64,000 nucleotides of DNA. Origin: Alphaproteobacteria bacterium (GTDB taxonomy: Bacteria; Pseudomonadota; Alphaproteobacteria; UBA9219). The stretch is from contig JABDAH010000001.1 of NCBI GenBank assembly GCA_013289265.1, positions 61,379-125,378 on the forward strand, read 5' to 3'. Position 1 is the stretch's first letter. Each line of letters starts with the position of its first letter. Shown in pieces: positions 30,485 through 39,307 of the stretch. A program made the position numbers and the translations under genes. Under the pieces are notes generated by a model, which ran no database searches, was not told where the DNA came from, and worked only from the letters and a program-made list of their open reading frames with translations.

Positions 30485-31800
30485 GTGCCCTCGTTGAATA
30501 AAGCACATATATCGGCATCATTGCGCTTGCCTAATGCCTTTGCGGGTAATTCATTTACGAAACGCCATCGACGCGGAATGCCGGCGGCTTCAAGTGTAGC
30601 GCAAAGATTGCTTCGCAAAAGCCGGCCAAATCTAAATTTGCCAATTTCAGCGAGAGTTTTTTGCCCTTTCTCGTTTGGAACGACTGCGGCAACCAGACGG
30701 ATAGGTTTGCCTTGCAATACGGCAACCGCTGCGGCCTTTACAAAAGGAAGTTGCGTCAATGATTGTTCGACCGCAGCGAGCGCAATACGCTTGCCTTCAA
30801 TCTTGGCAATGCGATCGGCGCGGCCAAGGAAACGAAAGCCATCGGCAAGCGGCTCAATAAGATCAGCCGTCGTTAGCCACTCGTTACCGATAAAAGGTGA
30901 ATCGAGAACAAGGCATCCATTCTCGTCACAACGTATCGACATGTTGGGGAGCAATTTCCAGGGCTCATCACCAATTTCCTGAGAGCGCGTCGCGAAGGCA
31001 CCTGTTTCGGTACTGCCAAAAATTTCTGTGGGACGGCATCCGAAAACCCGTTCAGCCTGTTGACTGGCCGCAAGAGACAGAGGTGCGCCTGCCGAAAAAA
31101 TACGTCGAGGTTTTTGGTTTTCCGGAATTAGGGCTATGCCGCCCATGCGCTCTAGATGCGCAGGGCTGCTGACAATAACAGAATCCGGGTGAAGTTCTGC
31201 AAAAAGGCTTTCCCATAATGTATGTGTTGTGGCTGAGAAAGGGCGGCCTGCCATAAGTGGCCAAAGTAATTTGAAAGTCAGCCCATACACATGTTGGTGT
31301 GATACTGTGTCGAAGACAGGCCCACATCCTGAATTGCTTCCCCACAAAGCATCCAATGTCATAATCTCACGTTCCAGCATCGCCAGATTTTTCGAGACTT
31401 TCTTAGGCGCCCCTGTTGAGCCGGAGGTTAAGAAATTCAGAGAGAAGCGTTCAGCATCAATCGGTTTCAACTCAATAGCTTTGCCTTGGCCATTTTCAAT
31501 AAGAGAGTCATCGATAAGAAGATCAAATTCTTCTGTTCCCGTTTGCGTAAATCCCGCTTTACTGTTCGGGAGCATCACGACATTTGCTCCAGCATGGAGC
31601 AATCCGTAGAATCCGACAATAAAATTGTAACTATCCTGACAAACAAGAGCGGCCCGACGGCAATCCTTAAAATGGACAGCGGCATCCATAACATCACGAC
31701 GAAAACGGCCAAAATGAATTGGCTGACCGTTCCGCAAAGCCACAGTATGGTCGTCTGGTCGTCCTTCGACCAACAAGCGTGATAAAGGTATAAGCGTCAC
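30481..31800 (-). CDS. AMP-dependent synthetase/ligase, aryl-acid:ACP ligase (APE ApeH-like)
   Basis: adenylate-forming motifs (TSGSTGAPKKV, GSTETG); probable GTG start at 31800 overlapping membrane-protein stop (GTGA); track ATG 31956 would overlap upstream gene by 160 nt. Confidence 0.75.
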   Translation of the reverse strand: MTLIPLSRLLVEGRPDDHTVALRNGQPIHFGRFRRDVMDAAVHFKDCRRAALVCQDSYNFIVGFYGLLHAGANVVMLPNSKAGFTQTGTEEFDLLIDDSLIENGQGKAIELKPIDAERFSLNFLTSGSTGAPKKVSKNLAMLEREIMTLDALWGSNSGCGPVFDTVSHQHVYGLTFKLLWPLMAGRPFSATTHTLWESLFAELHPDSVIVSSPAHLERMGGIALIPENQKPRRIFSAGAPLSLAASQQAERVFGCRPTEIFGSTETGAFATRSQEIGDEPWKLLPNMSIRCDENGCLVLDSPFIGNEWLTTADLIEPLADGFRFLGRADRIAKIEGKRIALAAVEQSLTQLPFVKAAAVAVLQGKPIRLVAAVVPNEKGQKTLAEIGKFRFGRLLRSNLCATLEAAGIPRRWRFVNELPAKALGKRNDADICALFNEGT

Positions 31801-32399
31801 CGGCGCACCATGCGTCGAACTATAACTTCGCCCATAAAAAGTGTTCCCATAAGTAGATACGACACTAGACCATTCCATAATGTCCACTGGGCTAATGTTC
31901 CCCACAAGGCAGTCGCGGCTGAGATGAGCGCATTGGCCAGAAGAAAGAGGGTCCATATTATCGTCACCCGGCGCGTATAGATGACCCCGCTTAAAGGTAA
32001 GTTTGGTTCTGTTAGACGGGCGAAGCGTTCCACGAGTGGAGGAGGGTATAATAAAGACAGACCAAAAACGGCAGCCACGGATAAGCTAACAATGACAGGA
32101 TAAGCGCGAACGGCGAGATGGGAATTCAGAAAGAGCATCACGATTAATCCGGCGGCGGTAATAAGAAAAGCTATTTTCCATATTTTGCTATCGGGTTGTT
32201 GTCGCAACGCCAGAAGTCTCAGGCCTATCAAGGCTAGCCCGACTAAAACGAAACTCATAGAAGGCAAAATACCCATACCAAAATAAACGAGCGGCGGATA
32301 AAGCAGGCCACCCGCAAATGCTATAATGAGCCACGGGTTAGGGTTAAGCCGGTTCATTCTCTTTGAGGAGCTTTTCAACGCAGTCAAGTACATCACCAA
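31797..32399 (-). CDS. COG4648-type integral membrane protein (APE ApeG-like)
   Basis: 200 aa, 5-6 TM; alternative start MNRLNP at 32357. Confidence 0.65.
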   Translation of the reverse strand: MVMYLTALKSSSKRMNRLNPNPWLIIAFAGGLLYPPLVYFGMGILPSMSFVLVGLALIGLRLLALRQQPDSKIWKIAFLITAAGLIVMLFLNSHLAVRAYPVIVSLSVAAVFGLSLLYPPPLVERFARLTEPNLPLSGVIYTRRVTIIWTLFLLANALISAATALWGTLAQWTLWNGLVSYLLMGTLFMGEVIVRRMVRR

Positions 32400-32601
32400 C
32401 TGTGCGAACCATTTTGAAATCTTGGGGTGCTATACGTCGTTTTGTCAGGGCTTGGAGTTTGACTACAAGATCAATGGCATCGATGCTGTCCAGCCCAAGT
32501 TCTTCAAACAGTTTGGCTTCGGGCGTTACTTTTTCCGGGGGAATTTCAAATAATTCCCTGAGGACATCTTTAAGCTTTTGCAGAAGTTCGCCGCGCGTCA
32601 T
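32344..32601 (-). CDS. acyl carrier protein
   Basis: 85 aa, phosphopantetheine site LGLDSIDAIDL. Confidence 0.9.
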   Translation of the reverse strand: MTRGELLQKLKDVLRELFEIPPEKVTPEAKLFEELGLDSIDAIDLVVKLQALTKRRIAPQDFKMVRTVGDVLDCVEKLLKENEPA

Positions 32602-32882
32602 GACACTTGCTCCCGTTGGGATAATATAAAGCGTGCAAGGTTCTGTATGTTGGCGAAATGCACCTTAACTTCATCGGTGACGGTCGCGATCTTAATGCCG
32701 TAACGTTTGCGAAGAATGACGCCAAGTTCAAGGGCATCGATAGAATCCAGTCCCAAACCTTCTCCAAAAAGCGGTTCCGTGCTGTCGATTTGTTCGGGAG
32801 AAATATCCTCCAATTTTAGCGCATCGATGATGAGATGTTTGAGCTCCAGCTCAAGACTGGTTACTTCTGGTTTGAGCTGCAT
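32598..32882 (-). CDS. acyl carrier protein
   Basis: LGLDSIDALEL; start taken at MQLKPEV (track ORF extends to 32951). Confidence 0.85.
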   Translation of the reverse strand: MQLKPEVTSLELELKHLIIDALKLEDISPEQIDSTEPLFGEGLGLDSIDALELGVILRKRYGIKIATVTDEVKVHFANIQNLARFILSQREQVS

Positions 32883-33648
32883 AATAAGATTCCAAAGATT
32901 CCACAAGCTTGCGTGCTGCAATACTGCGCTGATCATATAGAGAGTATGCATTAGCGTCTAGACACTCACCCACGACAATCTGAAAAAACGGCTTTTGTGA
33001 CGGATAATGCCACCAAGGCTCACCTTTAAACAAAAAGGGAGGTGTGCAGGCTATGAAAACCAGCTGTATAGGCGCTTTCGTTAAAGTGGCTATATTGGCA
33101 AAACCCCGTTGAAAGTGGGGCAAAGTTCCTGGCGGTGTACGCGTTCCTTCGGGAAAGATAATTAAGCATAGTCCATCGTCAAGCGATGCTCTGCAGGCAG
33201 TCACCAGCTCCTCAGGATCGAGATCGTTGCGGATATATCCCGCCTGCCGCATGAGAATTCCCAGAAAGCGATGCCGCCATAACTCATGTTTCACGATGCA
33301 CTGTACGCGAGGTATCAAGGCCATCAGGATAACGACATCCAGCAAAGAAGGATGATTGGCTATAATCATTTTGCCGCTACTTTTAAGCAGCTTTTCGGGG
33401 GCTGTAATCTGCAAGCGTATTAGCCCTAGAAATTGCAGCGCCCAGAGATAAAGGCGGAACGATTTATGGACAAGAAATTGTGTTCGTTCGCGCCGGTTGC
33501 CGGGCATAAACACCAGTGATAGAAGAACCATGACGGCCAGTACGCCGCCGCCCACAAAAATAAGGGCCAAGGCCACCAGCTTTCCAAGCAACAGCCATGG
33601 ATATTTAAGCCACCGCATGACGTGTCCACCGCCATTGGACGTTGACAC
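32851..33648 (-). CDS. lysophospholipid (1-acyl-glycerol-3-phosphate-type) acyltransferase (APE ApeD-like)
   Basis: PlsC motifs NHPSLLD (HX4D) and FPEGTR. Confidence 0.8.
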   Translation of the reverse strand: MSTSNGGGHVMRWLKYPWLLLGKLVALALIFVGGGVLAVMVLLSLVFMPGNRRERTQFLVHKSFRLYLWALQFLGLIRLQITAPEKLLKSSGKMIIANHPSLLDVVILMALIPRVQCIVKHELWRHRFLGILMRQAGYIRNDLDPEELVTACRASLDDGLCLIIFPEGTRTPPGTLPHFQRGFANIATLTKAPIQLVFIACTPPFLFKGEPWWHYPSQKPFFQIVVGECLDANAYSLYDQRSIAARKLVESLESYYAAQTRSNQS

Positions 33649-34282
33649 CGACCGAAAGGCCTTCAGTTAAATTGCCGGTCAAAAAATTTAGGAAATCATG
33701 CGAATGAGACGTTGAGGGTTTGTCTTTGTGCTGAGACGCTTCAAAGTCGATCTGAATTAAGTCGCCTTCGCCGGTTGTAGCTAGTGCAAGGGCTATGGCT
33801 ATAGGTTGTTCAGTGGGGTCGTTAAATTGAGAAAAGGCACCAGGTAATGGCTCGTCAAAGTGAATGAGTACAACCGGTTCGTCAGGATTTTCCTTCAAAC
33901 AGGCAATAGCCTCCAACAGGCCATAACAGAAACTTTCTTGACCCGCCGCTATAGCCGTATGGCCTTTGTGATTACCGTGAGCAATGGATAGCAATCCGAT
34001 CAAGGCGTTATGTACCGATAAAGTAAAATCTGCCGGAGACAAGTCGCTTCGGTTTGCGGCCGCTTCCAGCAAAGACAAAGTGCGGCTGAATTCTCCGTGA
34101 CGTGACGAAAGAATAAGGCGTGCATTCGCTGTTTCCGGCAACTCCCACGCGCTACTCAAAGCCTGCCTGCCGAGCGGAGTAACGCGGCGGCGTAAGAGAG
34201 CAGGGACAGCATTGGTGTGTTCCACAACACAATCGGGCGTCCAATATCCCCATCCGCGCAAACGAAAACTGGCGGTTTTCAT
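33605..34282 (-). CDS. ketosynthase-like chain-length-factor protein (APE ApeC-like)
   Basis: 225 aa KS N-terminal-like fold without canonical ACSS active-site Cys. Confidence 0.6.
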   Translation of the reverse strand: MKTASFRLRGWGYWTPDCVVEHTNAVPALLRRRVTPLGRQALSSAWELPETANARLILSSRHGEFSRTLSLLEAAANRSDLSPADFTLSVHNALIGLLSIAHGNHKGHTAIAAGQESFCYGLLEAIACLKENPDEPVVLIHFDEPLPGAFSQFNDPTEQPIAIALALATTGEGDLIQIDFEASQHKDKPSTSHSHDFLNFLTGNLTEGLSVGVNVQWRWTRHAVA

Positions 34283-34286
34283 ATTT

Positions 34287-34700
34287 TTAGTTATAGGCCG
34301 CCTGAGACAGTTTCTTGTCGATCGCGTTCTGAAGGTCGCGGACGCGTTGATTATATTTGCGGTGGATCATGCCGTCTGACTCTTTCAGGTTTTGTGAGGA
34401 GTCCAATTCGATGCTGTACTCTTTATTAGAGTATGTGATATCGGCTGTTGCCGAGTGCTCACGCCATTTAAGGGTGCAATGCAATTGCCCCGGCTTAACT
34501 TCATTTACTGCCCAGCCTTTTTCTATAGCGGTCTTGGCGATCATCTTTCCAATCTGTTCAGAAGAATATTTTTGATGTGTGCCCGCAGGAACGACATCTT
34601 CTTCGACATTGTAAACAGGCTCCACGCGGGCGCAGGAGGCAAATGCCGCGACCATTACGAGTATGATACCGAATTTTCTCCAGACTTGACCCATAACCAT
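34287..34700 (-). CDS. lipoprotein, first gene of APE-type operon
   Basis: signal peptide with lipobox AFASC. Confidence 0.55.
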   Translation of the reverse strand: MVMGQVWRKFGIILVMVAAFASCARVEPVYNVEEDVVPAGTHQKYSSEQIGKMIAKTAIEKGWAVNEVKPGQLHCTLKWREHSATADITYSNKEYSIELDSSQNLKESDGMIHRKYNQRVRDLQNAIDKKLSQAAYN

Positions 34701-34785
34701 CTCCTTGTTAGCGGCTGAATATTTCTATTTCCGATGCGGTGCGGCAAATCTATGACTCATTCTTACAGGCATGCAATAGTCTAAT

Positions 34786-35463
34786 TTGCAGTGGGGTAGA
34801 AAAATGGTGACATTAACGACGGTTTCGAGCGAAAGCCCAATCGCAAAATCATTAATCCATAGATGGGCAACGCCAGAGGATCGCGCACAGGCCAAGCTGC
34901 GCCGAAGTGACGCACGTCAATATGAGTTTCTGCTAACACGGGCAACTTTGCGAGCTTTGTTGACTAGTGTTACGGGGATTGGCGATTGGCGCATCTATCC
35001 AGATGCTAAAGGTAAACCGCAAACCTTGTCCCCGACTGGCAAAACGGGGCCGCACATTTCCTTATCCCATACGCGGGGATTGGTGGCCTGCGCAGTATCT
35101 GAAACGGGGCCCATTGGGGTCGATGTTGAATATTGGTGGATGCGCGATTTTATGGCTCTTGCCAATTATGCTTTCGGCCCACGGGAATGCGCGGAGGTGG
35201 CCCGCAACGGGATCTCCGCATTTTACCGTATATGGACTTTGAGAGAGGCGATATCCAAAGCTAAAGGTATTGGATTAATGGCGACACTTGACGGTAATGA
35301 TAGCGTCGCAGACGCGCCGGTTACCGGCTGTTGGGAAACAAACGCGTGGCAATTATTTCATCTTTCGCCGAAACCCGATTACAGTTTTGCAGTCGCTACC
35401 AAAGATGAAAGCGTGTGGTCAGAGGCATCGCTTACTTGGATTGATATGGAAAAAATTAAGTGA
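34786..35463 (+). CDS. 4'-phosphopantetheinyl transferase (Sfp/EntD type)
   Basis: PPTase motifs GVDVE and WTLREAISKAKG (W/FxxKEA...K); divergent from APE operon. Confidence 0.8.
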   Translation: MQWGRKMVTLTTVSSESPIAKSLIHRWATPEDRAQAKLRRSDARQYEFLLTRATLRALLTSVTGIGDWRIYPDAKGKPQTLSPTGKTGPHISLSHTRGLVACAVSETGPIGVDVEYWWMRDFMALANYAFGPRECAEVARNGISAFYRIWTLREAISKAKGIGLMATLDGNDSVADAPVTGCWETNAWQLFHLSPKPDYSFAVATKDESVWSEASLTWIDMEKIK

Positions 35464-35515
35464 TTTTTCCTTATTTGGGCTGGTTGATTGTCGCTACAGC
35501 CTTAAAAAATAAGGC

Positions 35516-35590
35516 TGGTTGGGGCGGGAGGGATCGAACCTCCGAATGGCGGAATCAAAATCCGCTGCCTTACCGCTTGGCTACGCCCCA
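35516..35590 (-). tRNA. tRNA-Gln (anticodon TTG)
   Basis: cloverleaf read manually: acceptor TGGGGCG/CGCCCCA, anticodon stem GCGGA/TCCGC with loop TTTTGAT, T-loop GGTTCGATCC, encoded CCA. Confidence 0.8.
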
Positions 35591-35765
35591 GTAGCGATTA
35601 TGGTTAACGAAACCATGCCAAATCAGCCCGGAACATAGCCTCAGATTTTAACCTCGGCAATGGGGATTAATGCATCCTTAAGGCTTGATACACTTCTTTT
35701 TAACGATACGGGTGTATTTCGGGGTTGGGGAGACACTTTCAAGACAACTTGCAAAGAGGGCGACT

Positions 35766-36233
35766 ATGAACAAGGCAACCACACTTCTGGACCGTACTTT
35801 TGACGAGAGCGTAGCTCTGACACTGGAAGTGCGCAATTATATCGCCTTCCACGAACAGTCAGATCGCCGCGAATATGATCTGCCGCGCTGCCTGCAGGTT
35901 GGTTATCAACATACCCGCGTTTCAGCGCGTCTTATTCAGGTGATGACATGGCTTCTGGCCATGAAAGCGCTGCTGGCTGGGGAAATCTCGCCGGAACAAT
36001 TTGCGGCACCGCAATATGCTTTGGCCGCTAGTGAAGAATGTCAGAATGACAGCGGCCCGGAACTGGCCGAACTGCCGCCCGGCTTGCGTACATTGCTGGA
36101 GCGCAGCTATGCGCTTTACGCGCGTATCGAAAGGCTGGATGCGATGGTTCGCGCCAAGCTTGCTGCTGGGGAAGTTCCGAATTTCGGTATGATCTCAGGT
36201 CCGAGCATCGTTAGCATCGGCGGCGCAGCATAG
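35766..36233 (+). CDS. DUF1465 family protein
   Basis: alphaproteobacterial conserved protein; start at MNKATT with AGAGGG RBS (track ORF starts 35685). Confidence 0.6.
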   Translation: MNKATTLLDRTFDESVALTLEVRNYIAFHEQSDRREYDLPRCLQVGYQHTRVSARLIQVMTWLLAMKALLAGEISPEQFAAPQYALAASEECQNDSGPELAELPPGLRTLLERSYALYARIERLDAMVRAKLAAGEVPNFGMISGPSIVSIGGAA

Positions 36234-36251
36234 CTGCAGTGATCGGGGAAT

Positions 36252-36300
36252 AAAAAAGTGGCCAGAGAAGATGGGCGATAAGCCCTCTGCCTCTGACCAC
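36252..36300. terminator. bidirectional rho-independent terminator between convergent DUF1465 gene and rpmE
   Basis: hairpin GTGGCCAGAG..(22 nt)..CTCTGACCAC flanked by A6 upstream (T-run for minus strand). Confidence 0.6.
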
Positions 36301-36317
36301 TAATCTCTTTTATCTAA

Positions 36318-36656
36318 TTAAGCTTTTTTCTTCTTGCCTGCCGAAGCAGCTGTGGTTGTCAGCTTGATCTTCGATTCAGGCTTGGCATCAGCTGAAGCGG
36401 CGGCTGCAACTGGTGCTTCCGCGCCTTCGTCCTTTTTGCCCAAACCAGCAAAACGCTTGTTGAATTTCTCCAACTGACCGCCACGGTTGACCATGCGATG
36501 CGTGCCGGTCCAAGCGGGATGCACCTTCGGATCGATATCCAGATGCAGCTTGTCGCCCGCTTTGCCATAAGTGCTACGGGTCACGAATTGCGAACCATCC
36601 GTCATGATGACGGTGATTTCGTGATAATCGGGGTGAATTTCCTGTTTCATGCTCAT
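36318..36656 (-). CDS. rpmE: 50S ribosomal protein L31 (Cys-less type) with long Ala/Lys-rich C-terminal extension
   Basis: [16 protein letters not shown]... typical L31 N-terminus; about 45 extra low-complexity residues at C-terminus. Confidence 0.85.
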   Translation of the reverse strand: MSMKQEIHPDYHEITVIMTDGSQFVTRSTYGKAGDKLHLDIDPKVHPAWTGTHRMVNRGGQLEKFNKRFAGLGKKDEGAEAPVAAAASADAKPESKIKLTTTAASAGKKKKA

Positions 36657-36716
36657 AATCTTTCTATGCAAAACCGGGCCTGTTTTAGGGAAAGAGCCCG
36701 GAAAATGCAAGCATTA

Positions 36717-37445
36717 CTAACTTGCCGCCGCAATAACCGATAAAAATTGATATAAACGCTCGGTTTGCGGGTTTTTAAGGATGTCTGGGCTGCCACTTTC
36801 GGCCACTTCGCCGTTAGCCATAAAAACCACCTGATCAGCGGCATGTTTAGCAAAACCCAGCAAGTGGGTGATGATGAAAATGCCAATATTCTTCCCACGC
36901 AAACCCTTCAGGTAAGTCAGGATCTTGGCAATTTGCTCGACATCCAATGCCGAGGTGATCTCATCCAGCAATAGATAGCGCGGCTCCAGCATCAGGGCGC
37001 GGGCAAGAGCTACACGCTGCCGCTGGCCTAGCGATGCCTCATTTGGGTAGCTATCAATAAAATCTTTCATATCGAAGGCTTCGATCAGCGCGTTGAGTTC
37101 GCCGTGAATATCGCCGCCTTTACGGCGGCGTACGGGCAGCAAAATATTTTCGCGTAGCGTCATATGCGGCCACAGGAAAAGTTGCTGAAAGACAGTCGTC
37201 AGTTTGGGCCAGGGCGGCGTAAAAGCTTTTCCCGCAGGCCATGGGTAGGTAAAGGTTTCATGATCAATGCTGATCGAACCACTTTGCGGTGGCTCCAGTA
37301 AAGCAAGGCAGCGTAGCAAAGTGGTTTTGCCAGTGCCGCTCGGGCCGATCAAAACCGTGATGCCGCCGGGCGGCACCTGCAGGCTGACATTTTTCAGGAT
37401 GGGTTTGTCACCGTAACTAAAATTGAGATTGCGGGCTTCCAACAT
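36717..37445 (-). CDS. polar amino acid ABC transporter ATP-binding protein
   Basis: Walker A GPSGTGKTT, signature LGQRQRV, HisP/GlnQ-like 242 aa. Confidence 0.85.
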   Translation of the reverse strand: MLEARNLNFSYGDKPILKNVSLQVPPGGITVLIGPSGTGKTTLLRCLALLEPPQSGSISIDHETFTYPWPAGKAFTPPWPKLTTVFQQLFLWPHMTLRENILLPVRRRKGGDIHGELNALIEAFDMKDFIDSYPNEASLGQRQRVALARALMLEPRYLLLDEITSALDVEQIAKILTYLKGLRGKNIGIFIITHLLGFAKHAADQVVFMANGEVAESGSPDILKNPQTERLYQFLSVIAAAS

Positions 37446-37446
37446 C

Positions 37447-38112
37447 TCAGCGCTCCGACATATCGCGCGTGTAGCGCTTTTTAAGGTAGGCCGCGGTCAG
37501 GTTGATCGGCAGGCACACCAGCAGGAAGAAAAAAGCCAAGGCCGTATAAATTTCAACCGGGCGGTAGATTGTGCTGTTGATGCGCTGCGACACGCGGAAT
37601 ATTTCCTCGACCGATATCAGGCTGGCGAACAAAGTCGCATGTAACATGCCGACTTGCAGAACCATCAGACCCGGCAGCAACTGGCGAAACAAAATCGGCA
37701 ATTGAATTTTGGTGACAAGGTCCTGTCGGCTCAGGCCGCAAACTTGGCCTGCAATGATATATTGTTTGGGAAAATCGCTGACAGCCTGCCGCACAATTTC
37801 ACCAACGGCGAAGATATTGACCAGCGATAGCGTTAAGGACGCTGTATAAAACGGATCGATCACGACGTTGAAGACGGCTTGCGCCGGGTAATGCAGCCAG
37901 AACAAAACTACCAGAGTAGGGATGGCCGAGAAGGCAAAAGACATCGCGTGGGTGAAATGGCCCCAACTATTGGGGAAATGCGCGCTGGTGACACCGAGCA
38001 GAACGCCGAGCACAATACCGGATGTCCATATAACGGCGCAGAGTTCCAGCGTTACGCGCAACCCCTGCAGGAACGCCATGTGGTAGTTGATGAGGATATC
38101 AAGGACGCTCAC
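37447..38112 (-). CDS. polar amino acid ABC transporter permease
   Basis: 221 aa, 5 TM, HisM/GlnP-like EAA-loop region. Confidence 0.8.
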   Translation of the reverse strand: MSVLDILINYHMAFLQGLRVTLELCAVIWTSGIVLGVLLGVTSAHFPNSWGHFTHAMSFAFSAIPTLVVLFWLHYPAQAVFNVVIDPFYTASLTLSLVNIFAVGEIVRQAVSDFPKQYIIAGQVCGLSRQDLVTKIQLPILFRQLLPGLMVLQVGMLHATLFASLISVEEIFRVSQRINSTIYRPVEIYTALAFFFLLVCLPINLTAAYLKKRYTRDMSER

Positions 38113-38987
38113 GGAAACGGTTTCAGCGGTTTGATGAACATATCGGGGAAATCGATGTTGGCTTTGTCGAGGATTTTGTCGAGCTGACCGCTATTCATGA
38201 TTTCTTGCTGCCCTGCATTAAGAAGCATCAGGAGGCGTGGATCATCATTATTGATGGCATTCGCATTGCCGAAAATACGCAAAGATTTATTAGGCGCCAG
38301 CCTTTGGATCTTGCCGGGATTAGCCTTATTGAATTGTTGCCATAACCCGGCATTGGCAAAGCAAATATCAGCCTTGCCGGTTAAGACATGCATCATTTCC
38401 TCACTATCTGTGCCATTAAGTGAGCTAAGAGCGATACGTTGTGCGTTCGGGAAATCCTGTCGAGCGATGAAATCCGAATTATCGTTATCGATAATGACAA
38501 TTTTAATGTTGGGGTTATTGATTTTATTTAGATCACCATCAAAGCGATGATCATCAGCACGGGCAAAAGTTTCAATGGATTGGTAAGTGAGAGGTGTAGT
38601 GAATGCGATTTCTTTTGTCTTACTTGCGCTTGTCCACATCCCGGCGCACATGGCGTCAATTTTGTTAGACTTTAACGCAGCGGCAACGTCCGGCCACCCG
38701 ACCTGGCTTGTCCATTCGATTTTAAGGTTGGTGGCGTCGCCGATCGCATTCATCATATCGACCCATGGGCCATAAACCTGATTGGTCTTTTCATTGCGAG
38801 AAACGGCGCCATCCCAATATTCATAGCCACAGCGAAGTGTGCCAGTACGGATCACGCGCTCGTAGGGCGTTTCTTGGTGTTGTAGTTGAGTGTCAGAGGT
38901 TGAAAGCTTTGTAATGGCAAAAGCAGTAAGGGCGCTCAAAATAACCGAAATGACTATCGTGCTGCCCTGTTTCATGAACCGTCCCAT
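38109..38987 (-). CDS. periplasmic amino-acid-binding protein (SBP family 3)
   Basis: signal peptide, SBP_bac_3-like; operon with permease and ATPase. Confidence 0.75.
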   Translation of the reverse strand: MGRFMKQGSTIVISVILSALTAFAITKLSTSDTQLQHQETPYERVIRTGTLRCGYEYWDGAVSRNEKTNQVYGPWVDMMNAIGDATNLKIEWTSQVGWPDVAAALKSNKIDAMCAGMWTSASKTKEIAFTTPLTYQSIETFARADDHRFDGDLNKINNPNIKIVIIDNDNSDFIARQDFPNAQRIALSSLNGTDSEEMMHVLTGKADICFANAGLWQQFNKANPGKIQRLAPNKSLRIFGNANAINNDDPRLLMLLNAGQQEIMNSGQLDKILDKANIDFPDMFIKPLKPFP

Positions 38988-39218
38988 AGAGTTAACTTTT
39001 CACATATTAGGGCAAGACCTGTTCAAAAGGAAGGCTGCATTCTAGGAAAAACGGCCTTTTTTGAAAGCAGAAGCTGGCTGTTTCATTTGACATTTTGTCA
39101 CATATCCGGCTACAAACCCTCATCCAAGCCAACTCGGCAGCGGATACGTCCTCAGTTATAGGGCGTAAAGCCAGTCCTCGCGTTGCGAGCACTGGCTCGT
39201 TTGCGTTTGGCCTTAGAA

Positions 39219-39285
39219 GTGGCCAGAGAAAAGAAGTGGTCAGAGATAAAAGTTGTTTCTCTTTTTTCTCTGACCACTGACCACC
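39219..39285. repeat. cluster of GTGGYCAGAG palindromic repeat units forming an 11-bp-stem hairpin
   Basis: gtggccagag (39219), gtggtcagaga (39236) paired with tctctgaccac (39267), extra tgaccac copy; same motif as 36258-36300. Confidence 0.6.
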
Positions 39286-39307
39286 AAAGTTAGGAAAGTA
39301 AGATCAG

